61,577 nucleotides of DNA, from positions 1 through 61,577 of IMG/VR virus record IMGVR_UViG_3300035670_000212. One strand, given 5' to 3'. Source of the stretch: a virus. Below the pieces are notes generated by a model. The model was given only the letters and a program-made list of their open reading frames with translations, did no database searches and was not told the origin of the DNA. Of the stretch, positions 7,924 to 14,389 are shown one piece after another (position 1 is the first letter of the stretch; each line of letters starts with the position of its first letter). The position numbers and the translations under genes were made by a program.

Positions 7924-8096
7924 GCGAAGCACAAGTGCTGGGCCTGCTCCTGATCGTTTTCGTCCTGCTCCTGCTGCTCGCCATGCTGGCGCGCTCCATC
8001 GGCTGGCGCGAGACGATCAAGGACTTGCTGATCGCGGTCGGCTTCACGCTGGCGCTGTTTCTGGGGATGGGATTGCTGACAGGGAGGATTGCCTGA
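7920..8096 (+). CDS. Small two-helix membrane protein (58 aa), not in the ORF track
   Basis: ATGA overlap at 7920. Two hydrophobic helices: VLGLLLIVFVLLLLLAML and LLIAVGFTLALFLGMGLL. Stop TGA at 8094-8096. Confidence 0.5.
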   Translation: MSEAQVLGLLLIVFVLLLLLAMLARSIGWRETIKDLLIAVGFTLALFLGMGLLTGRIA

Positions 8097-8179
8097 CACT
8101 AGCCGGAAGGAAAGGAAACCCGGACAATAGACCAGCCCGCCAGCGGCCCGCCTGGCACATCTGCCCGAGGAAAACGACC

Positions 8180-8374
8180 ATGTACCGCGAAAGCTTTGAA
8201 GAATACTTGGCAAGGATAGACCAGCAGATACAAGAGGCCCGCGCCAAGAAATCGCCCGGCCTCGACAGGCGACAGAAAAACCAGCCGCTACCCGAGGGCA
8301 TGGAAGACAGAAGAAAGCTCGCCGACCGCCGCAAGGGGCGGCAAGGCGTCAGAGAAAAGGAGAAGCAGGAATGA
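8180..8374 (+). CDS. Small basic hypothetical protein (64 aa)
   Basis: GAGGA upstream of ATG 8180. The stop overlaps the next start. Confidence 0.5.
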   Translation: MYRESFEEYLARIDQQIQEARAKKSPGLDRRQKNQPLPEGMEDRRKLADRRKGRQGVREKEKQE

Positions 8375-8682
8375 GCTACGAGATACCCAACGAACTAGTC
8401 AAATTCCGCGTCGAGACCATCAAGGGCGAGGACGTTTTGATCTTCGACCACGACGCATCGCTGATGGACCGCGAAGTCGCGCGCCAGATTTACGAAGCCG
8501 ACAAGCCCAAGCGAGACGCACTAGACGCAGCGCGCTGGCGATTCTTTGACGATCACGCGCAGGATATTGTCGAGGGCAGTTCGCTGGCGGCGTGGCTCAA
8601 ATTTGACGGCCCCATGAAGCACGGATCGCGCGCCGCCGCAATTGACTTCCTCATCGCAGCAGAGAAGGAGTCCGAGAAATGA
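8371..8682 (+). CDS. Hypothetical protein (103 aa), paralog-like to 8679..8948
   Basis: ATGA overlap. Shares DAAR(W/Y)R and the C-terminal IAAEKE motif with the next gene. Confidence 0.65.
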   Translation: MSYEIPNELVKFRVETIKGEDVLIFDHDASLMDREVARQIYEADKPKRDALDAARWRFFDDHAQDIVEGSSLAAWLKFDGPMKHGSRAAAIDFLIAAEKESEK

Positions 8683-8948
8683 CAGGCCGAACCATCAGCG
8701 AAGAAATCGTGGAAATTTTCAATATCCTGAAAACCCCACGCACCTGGCCGCCGCAGCAAACAGACATCGACGCCATCGACGCCGCCCGTTACCGCAAGTT
8801 GCGCCAGCACTTTAAGAACCGCGAGGCGGACTTGCAACTGTGGGGCTTCAAGTTCAAGGACCAGGACACGGTTGGCGGCGAAGACGACCTGGACGACTTC
8901 TGCGACCAAAGCATCGCAGCAGAGAAGGAGCAAGCAAATGGACAGTAA
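8679..8948 (+). CDS. Hypothetical protein (89 aa)
   Basis: ATGA overlap. DAIDAARYRKL and SIAAEKE motifs. Confidence 0.6.
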   Translation: MTGRTISEEIVEIFNILKTPRTWPPQQTDIDAIDAARYRKLRQHFKNREADLQLWGFKFKDQDTVGGEDDLDDFCDQSIAAEKEQANGQ

Positions 8949-9363
8949 CCGCAGCACACTGAGCCAGCGCGCCCTGGACTGGTACGACAAGGAGCAGGTC
9001 GAGAACGAATACGGCATCAACCGCGACAGCTTCCACCTGTTCGTACTCGGCCTGATTGACGAACTGACCGGCGCGGAAGACTGGATCAAGGTCGAAGACA
9101 GCCTTCCTGAAGGGGAGTGCCTGGCGATCTACGTCACGCCAGCAGGAAAGCGCCGGATGATCCGCGCCAAGTACGCACGTCAGTTCCAGATCGAAGCCGA
9201 GGGCGACGACTGCGAGACCGAATACAACGAGGACGACGACACCTTCTACATCAAAGCTGGGTGGCTGGAGTGCATCGACAACTGGGGCGAGTATTCGAGC
9301 TGCTATGTGGTCGAAGGGGCTGTGACGCACTGGAAGCGCCTACCAGCCCCGCCGTCCGATTGA
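8938..9363 (+). CDS. DUF551-domain protein (141 aa)
   Basis: AAGGAGCAAGCAA precedes ATG 8938. WIKVEDSLPEGE...AVTHWKRLPAPP matches the DUF551 signature. Confidence 0.7.
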   Translation: MDSNRSTLSQRALDWYDKEQVENEYGINRDSFHLFVLGLIDELTGAEDWIKVEDSLPEGECLAIYVTPAGKRRMIRAKYARQFQIEAEGDDCETEYNEDDDTFYIKAGWLECIDNWGEYSSCYVVEGAVTHWKRLPAPPSD

Positions 9364-9387
9364 GTCTGTACGCTGCCGCACCCCAAG

Positions 9388-9409
9388 GCCCGCCGCGCGC
9401 GGGCTTTTT
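9388..9409 (+). terminator. Rho-independent terminator
   Basis: Stem gcccgc / gcgggc with loop cgcgc, followed by ttttt (9405-9409). Confidence 0.7.
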
Positions 9410-9491
9410 CATTATATGTTGTAAATAAACAACCCGACAGTATCGTGGCAAGGATTACCATTGAGCAATCTCGTCAGAGGAATCCTACGCC

Positions 9492-9737
9492 ATGCCAGCC
9501 CGCGAAATCCAGCCGCACATGCCCCAAGTCGGGCGCTCCGTCTACTACTGGCCGATGCAGGAAGACAAGCTGCTCGACCATCCGCAGCCGCACTATGCCG
9601 TGATCGTCTTCGTGAACGACAACGGCACGATCAACCTGGCGATCTACAACGAGCGCGGCTTTCCCTACCGCCGCTGCCGCGTCCCGCTCGTCACCGACCG
9701 CCGCCCGCAATCGGGCGAGGCATCATTCCCGCCGTGA
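9492..9737 (+). CDS. Small hypothetical protein (81 aa)
   Basis: AGAGGA upstream of ATG 9492. Listed in the ORF track. Confidence 0.6.
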   Translation: MPAREIQPHMPQVGRSVYYWPMQEDKLLDHPQPHYAVIVFVNDNGTINLAIYNERGFPYRRCRVPLVTDRRPQSGEASFPP

Positions 9738-9916
9738 CCACCATCGAGCAAATCCGCGCCTGGAGCACCTACCCAGACCGGCTTTGCTTCATCGTCAGGC
9801 GTGCCAATAAAGCAATCCTGCTCCTGCCCGACGACATCGACTCGCGCACCGACACCCAGCTGCAAGCATTCATCGAAGAGAAGTTCAACACCACCAGGGA
9901 GAAAACACCATGCTGA
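9734..9916 (+). CDS. Small hypothetical protein (60 aa)
   Basis: GTGA overlap with the upstream stop. In the frame of ORF 9461..9916. Confidence 0.45.
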   Translation: MTTIEQIRAWSTYPDRLCFIVRRANKAILLLPDDIDSRTDTQLQAFIEEKFNTTREKTPC

Positions 9917-10053
9917 AGAAGACCGTCGAGACCACCCAGAACGAAGACCTGCGCACCACCATTACCACCACCTACCTGATCTGGGGCTTCATCATTTACC
10001 AGAAGAGTATCGACAAGGCCGTGCTGCTGACCTTCCCGCAGGCGAAGTTCTGA
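9910..10053 (+). CDS. Small hypothetical protein (47 aa), not in the ORF track
   Basis: AGGGAGAAAACACC precedes ATG 9910. Stop TGA at 10051-10053 overlaps the next ATG (TGATG). Confidence 0.45.
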   Translation: MLKKTVETTQNEDLRTTITTTYLIWGFIIYQKSIDKAVLLTFPQAKF

Positions 10054-10214
10054 TGGCGCACTTCCCGGAGAACATATCGCGCCATGACCGCACAGAGGAA
10101 TTGCGGAAAAGGCTTATGCACTCCGCAACTATGGCCTGGTATCTGGAGTTCCATGCGCCAAAACGCAATCCAGTGCGATTGGCTGTGCGATACGCCCTGA
10201 TGAACTGGCATTAA
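10053..10214 (+). CDS. Small hypothetical protein (53 aa)
   Basis: ATG 10053 is coupled to the upstream stop. In the frame of ORF 9801..10214. Confidence 0.45.
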   Translation: MAHFPENISRHDRTEELRKRLMHSATMAWYLEFHAPKRNPVRLAVRYALMNWH

Positions 10215-10245
10215 AGCGTAGCAATCTCCAGTTAATTGCATGTAG

Positions 10246-10437
10246 TCACTTCTCAGTGATACCATACGGCAACGGAGCAATGCGGTTATGGGCGATGAGC
10301 AGTTCTAGATAGGCAGTCGCGTACGGGGGCGGATCATTGCCCCATGCGCTGACGGTTCTGGCGTTGAGCTTTAGTCGTCTCGCAAGAGCAGCTTTGGTAA
10401 GACCGGCCTGAGCCAGTAGTTTTTTGAATTCAGACAC
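10246..10437 (-). CDS. XRE/Cro-type HTH DNA-binding protein (63 aa)
   Basis: GGAGG, 5 nt, then GTG on the minus strand. ...GLTKAALARRLKLNARTVSAWGN... is a classic helix-turn-helix. Confidence 0.7.
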   Translation of the reverse strand: MSEFKKLLAQAGLTKAALARRLKLNARTVSAWGNDPPPYATAYLELLIAHNRIAPLPYGITEK

Positions 10438-10484
10438 TCAAGCCTCCATAAGAAATCTACGTTACAATCAAAAACATCTACATT

Positions 10485-10988
10485 ATGGCAGCAAAAGGCA
10501 AAACTGAGAAAGAAACCGCATCAAGAAGCGGCTACTCCCAAGAGGTTGCTGATGAGATTTGCGAGCGCATGTCGAATGGCGAACCATTGCGCGAAATTTG
10601 CCGGGATGACCGGATGCCAGCTTGGCGAACTGTGTACGCATGGCAGGAGGCAAAGCCAGAGTTTCGTGCACGCATCGCATACGCGCGCGAGATGGGCGAG
10701 GAAGCCATTGCCCAAGATTGTATGCGGATTGCTGATACGCCACTGCTAGGTGAAGAGGTAGAAGAGAGCGCCAACGGGATGAAGATCAAGCGTGGCGACA
10801 TGCTTGGACATCGCAAGCTTCAGATTGAAACTCGGCTAAAGCTGCTAGCGAAATGGAACCCGCGAAAGTGGGGTGAAAAAGTTGATGTTAATCATGGCGG
10901 GCAGACAGAAAACCCGCTCGCCATCCTCATGAGCCAGGTGGCGGGGAAGACGCTGAAGCCCGTTGCCAATCCAGAGGATGATGAATGA
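10485..10988 (+). CDS. terS: Terminase small subunit
   Basis: YSQEVADEICERMSNGEPLREICRDDRMPAWRTVYAWQEAKPEFRARIAYAREMG matches the HTH-type TerS family pattern. Immediately upstream of and overlapping terL. Confidence 0.8.
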   Translation: MAAKGKTEKETASRSGYSQEVADEICERMSNGEPLREICRDDRMPAWRTVYAWQEAKPEFRARIAYAREMGEEAIAQDCMRIADTPLLGEEVEESANGMKIKRGDMLGHRKLQIETRLKLLAKWNPRKWGEKVDVNHGGQTENPLAILMSQVAGKTLKPVANPEDDE

Positions 10989-13342
10989 GCGCAGTTTTGG
11001 GTTATCAGCCAATTGACCAAATGGACGAGGATCAGTTCAGCTCCGCGCTTGCTGACCCGATGTTTCGCTTATCCAATTTATATTGGATCAAAACTAAAAC
11101 GGAAAGTGATGACGAGGGCGACGAAGGTTTGGTGGTTCGCTTCAGGCCCAATCAATACCAGAAAAGGCTTCTGAAAAGGCTGCATCACCGCAATATAATT
11201 TTGAAAGCCCGCCAATTGGGCTTCTGTTGCGACCCTGCAACGCGAGTTCTCACCGCTGACTTGCGCTGGGTTCCTATTGGCGCGTTACAGGTCGGACAGG
11301 AAATCGTCGCTGTCGATGAACATCCTGCCGGTGGGCGCGGCTCCGAGCGCAAGATGCGCACCGCTACTGTGCGGGCAGCAGCCAAGGTGCACCGCAAGGC
11401 ATACCGCATCACTTTTGATGATGGCCGTAGCGTAACGTGTACCGATCAGCACCCATGGCTATCCAAAAAGGCGGGGACTAGTGCTGAATGGCGCAGCTTG
11501 AGTGGCAAGGGAAATCAGGTCGTTGGGAAGCTCAAAGTTGGTACGAATGTGCGATGGGTTGCCAAGCCATGGAGCGACGAGCGCACATTTGATGACGGCT
11601 GGATGGGAGGCATGCTTGATGGCGAGGGAAGCATGGCGAAGCCGTGCAGTAGTGGTGCAGAAATCAATGTCTCGCAGGTGCAAGGCCCAGCTTTCGGGCG
11701 CATGGAGATGTACCTGTCGCAGCGTGGCTACCACTACCGTACGGAAGAAGATCAGCCGGTTCGCAAGAGTAAGTTCGGCAAGACAGCAGTGCATAAACTG
11801 TGCGTCAGCCGCATGGACGAGTTGTTTCGGCTGATAGGCCAAACCCGCCCTATTCGCTTCCTTGGGCGTCATTTCTGGGAAGGCAAGGGCCTGCCAGGCA
11901 AGCGCAATGGTGATGTTGGCTGGGCCAAGATCACGCACATCGAAGAGTTGGGCGAGCAGACGATGATCGATCTGCAAACTTCAACTGGAACCTATATTGC
12001 CGAAGGTTTCGTGTCACACAACACGACCCTGATCCAGATTCTCTTCCTGGACTATGCCCTGTTCACGCCCAACGTGCGCTGCGGCGTGATCGCGCACACG
12101 GATGACGCGGCGCTGAAAGTGTTCAAGAAGATCAAGTTCGCATACGACCGCCTGCCCGACATCCTGAAGGCATCGGTTCCGCTCAAGACCTGCAACGCCC
12201 ACGAAATGGAGCTTGCGAACGGCTCGGTGCTGACGGTGGGCACGTCGATGCGCTCGGACACGATCCACTATCTGCACATCTCCGAATTCGGAAAAATCTG
12301 CGCCCAATTCCCGCTGCGCGCCGAAGAGGTCATTACCGGCACGATCCCAGCCGTGCCCAATAGCGGCGTGATCTTCATCGAATCGACCGCCGAGGGGCGC
12401 GACGGGGCATTCTTCAAGATGAGCCAGCGCGCCGAAGCGCTGATGCACCAGGGGAAGGCGCTCACGCCCAAGGAATACCGTTTCCACTTCTTCCCATGGC
12501 ATGACGCCGATGAATACCAGATCGACCCGGCAGGCGTCATCCTGTCGGCGCGCGACAATGAATATTTCGATCTGCTTGAAGCGAAGGTCGGCAAGACGAT
12601 CACCCCGGCGCAGCGCGCATGGTGGATTTCCACGCGCGACAACGACTTCGCGGGCGAAGACTCGAAGATGTGGCAGGAATACCCGTCCACGCCCGAGGAA
12701 GCATTCCAGCAGTCCACCGCTGGCACCTATTACGCCGTGCAGCTTGCCAAGGCCCGCAAGGAAAAGCGCATCGGCAAGGTTCCCTACATGCCAGGCATCC
12801 CTGTCAATACCTTCTGGGACATCGGCCACGGCGACGGTACCGCGATCTGGTTCCACCAGCGCGTCGGACAGAATGACCACTTCATCAACTTCATCGAGGG
12901 ATGGGGCGAGCCTTATGCGCACTTCGTCAAGGAGATGCAAAAGCTCGACTACGTCTGGGGCACGCATTACCTGCCGCACGACGGCAATCATGTCCGCCAG
13001 GGCGAACTGGAGAACCTGTCGCCCAAGCAGATGCTGGAAAAGCTGGGCCTTCGACGCCTGGAAATCGTACCCGTCGTGGCCGAACTCCAGCACGGCATCA
13101 GCGCCGTGCGCGACGCTTTCGCCTCCTACTGGTTCGATGAAGAACGCTGCAAGGAAGGCATCGCCCACATCGAGCTGTACAAAAAGAAGTGGAACAACAC
13201 GACACAGACCTTTACGGACCAGCCGCTGAAGGATATTCACACCGAGGCGGCGGACGCCCTGCGGCAGCATGCTCAAGGCTTCAAGGTCTCGAACGGGCCG
13301 GATAGCTGGAAGCGCCCACAACGAAGCTGGAAGTCCAGCTGA
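10985..13342 (+). CDS. terL: Terminase large subunit, interrupted by an intein
   Basis: The extein junction ...ILKARQLGF|TTLIQILF... restores a terminase Walker-A-type KARQLGF(S/T)T box. A C-terminal nuclease-like region is present (DIGHGDGTAIWF ... HYLPHDG). Confidence 0.85.
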   Translation: MSAVLGYQPIDQMDEDQFSSALADPMFRLSNLYWIKTKTESDDEGDEGLVVRFRPNQYQKRLLKRLHHRNIILKARQLGFCCDPATRVLTADLRWVPIGALQVGQEIVAVDEHPAGGRGSERKMRTATVRAAAKVHRKAYRITFDDGRSVTCTDQHPWLSKKAGTSAEWRSLSGKGNQVVGKLKVGTNVRWVAKPWSDERTFDDGWMGGMLDGEGSMAKPCSSGAEINVSQVQGPAFGRMEMYLSQRGYHYRTEEDQPVRKSKFGKTAVHKLCVSRMDELFRLIGQTRPIRFLGRHFWEGKGLPGKRNGDVGWAKITHIEELGEQTMIDLQTSTGTYIAEGFVSHNTTLIQILFLDYALFTPNVRCGVIAHTDDAALKVFKKIKFAYDRLPDILKASVPLKTCNAHEMELANGSVLTVGTSMRSDTIHYLHISEFGKICAQFPLRAEEVITGTIPAVPNSGVIFIESTAEGRDGAFFKMSQRAEALMHQGKALTPKEYRFHFFPWHDADEYQIDPAGVILSARDNEYFDLLEAKVGKTITPAQRAWWISTRDNDFAGEDSKMWQEYPSTPEEAFQQSTAGTYYAVQLAKARKEKRIGKVPYMPGIPVNTFWDIGHGDGTAIWFHQRVGQNDHFINFIEGWGEPYAHFVKEMQKLDYVWGTHYLPHDGNHVRQGELENLSPKQMLEKLGLRRLEIVPVVAELQHGISAVRDAFASYWFDEERCKEGIAHIELYKKKWNNTTQTFTDQPLKDIHTEAADALRQHAQGFKVSNGPDSWKRPQRSWKSS
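11225..12022 (+). mobile_element. Intein (266 aa) in the TerL ATPase P-loop, with a LAGLIDADG-like endonuclease segment
   Basis: Begins with Cys (CCDPATRVLTADL...), ends ...AEGFVSHN, and is followed by Thr (+1 nucleophile). Internal WMGGMLDGEGSM resembles a LAGLIDADG motif. Confidence 0.8.
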
Positions 13343-13359
13343 TAACCAAGGAGAAGAGA

Positions 13360-13491
13360 ATGAGCGAAGATTTGCAGCAATGGAGTGTGGCTCACAATAA
13401 ATGGCAGAAAAGAGCAAGGGTGACTATGAAAGTTCTCGCTTGGCTTGGTATTGCGACATGGGTCTATGTGATGTATCGAGTGTATCCATGA
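13360..13491 (+). CDS. Small membrane protein (43 aa), not in the ORF track
   Basis: AAGGAGAAGAGA precedes ATG 13360. Hydrophobic helix VLAWLGIATWVYVMY. The stop overlaps the next ATG (ATGA at 13488-13491). Confidence 0.5.
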   Translation: MSEDLQQWSVAHNKWQKRARVTMKVLAWLGIATWVYVMYRVYP

Positions 13492-13919
13492 CGACCATTG
13501 CATTTGATGGTGTCACTCTCGCCGCCGACAAGCAAAGTACATCGCATGGAATGGCTCGCACCGTGACGAAGATTCGCCGCATCCGTGGTGAGCTATTTGC
13601 AATGAGCGGTGGCGGCATCCATTGCCAAGCGCTTATGAAATGGTTTGAGGGATCGCGTAACCCGAGCGAATGGCCTAAAGCGCCCGACGATGAGAGCTGC
13701 GGCAACATCATTCAAGTGACGAAGGCTGGCTTATTCGTGTGGAGTGGCGCGGGCCTTCCGCATCCAGAGCCATTAGAAGATCGATTCATGGCCTTCGGAA
13801 GCGGGCGAGACTTCGCCATGGCTGCTATGCACCTTGGCAAGAGCGCCAAAGAGGCTATCGAAATCGCCAGCATCTACGACATCGCAACGGGAATGGGCAT
13901 CGATACGCTCACCCTCTAG
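13488..13919 (+). CDS. HslV/proteasome-beta-like Ntn-hydrolase (143 aa)
   Basis: MTTIAFDG...AADKQ...TKIRRI...MSGGG...MAFGSGRDFAMAAM...AIEIASIYD parallels HslV (MTTIVSV...AGDGQ...KVRR...AGFAGG...IAIGSGGPYA). Thr2 could be the nucleophile. Confidence 0.7.
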   Translation: MTTIAFDGVTLAADKQSTSHGMARTVTKIRRIRGELFAMSGGGIHCQALMKWFEGSRNPSEWPKAPDDESCGNIIQVTKAGLFVWSGAGLPHPEPLEDRFMAFGSGRDFAMAAMHLGKSAKEAIEIASIYDIATGMGIDTLTL

Positions 13920-13928
13920 GAGAAAAAA

Positions 13929-14369
13929 TTGAACGCACCAACCCGCAAACCCGCCCTCGACCTGACCCGCAATCATTTTGTCCGAGCCATCGGCGATCTG
14001 GTGTGCGTAGGAACGTGGGTGATGAATGAGGCGCAAGAGGACTACGAGCCATGTCTCGCAATCCTGCCACGCTACCGCAGAAAAGGCGGTTTCCGCCCCT
14101 GTTGTGTAGCATTAAGTTCCATCTGGCAATATAATGAACCGGCTTACCTCGCAATGGCGAGCATGAATTTCGCCCGACTTTTGGGCATGGACGACTGCAT
14201 GAGCAACGCCCACAAAATTGGCGAGCTGATCCACAGTCACATCGGCGACCTTGTTAAGATGCCGCCGAACCCGACGCAAAGCATCATTGTCGCCGATGCA
14301 ACGTACACCATCGATGGTCGTACGCATTCGGCGCAGGTGCTGGACCATCAACCCTTGGCGCAAGCCTGA
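13929..14369 (+). CDS. Hypothetical protein (146 aa)
   Basis: AGGAG at 13918-13922, then TTG 13929. Listed in the ORF track. Confidence 0.6.
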   Translation: MNAPTRKPALDLTRNHFVRAIGDLVCVGTWVMNEAQEDYEPCLAILPRYRRKGGFRPCCVALSSIWQYNEPAYLAMASMNFARLLGMDDCMSNAHKIGELIHSHIGDLVKMPPNPTQSIIVADATYTIDGRTHSAQVLDHQPLAQA

Positions 14370-14389
14370 ACTGAACCGGAGAAACGCCC

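Noticed and set aside
12501-13229. 242-aa same-strand alternative-frame ORF inside terL. Similar cases are 20707..21468, 47505..48434 and 24373..24912.
   Set aside because: The translations are Arg/Ser/Thr/Pro-rich low complexity with no motifs or start context. They serve as a negative control showing that openness alone is not evidence for the 5671 ORF.
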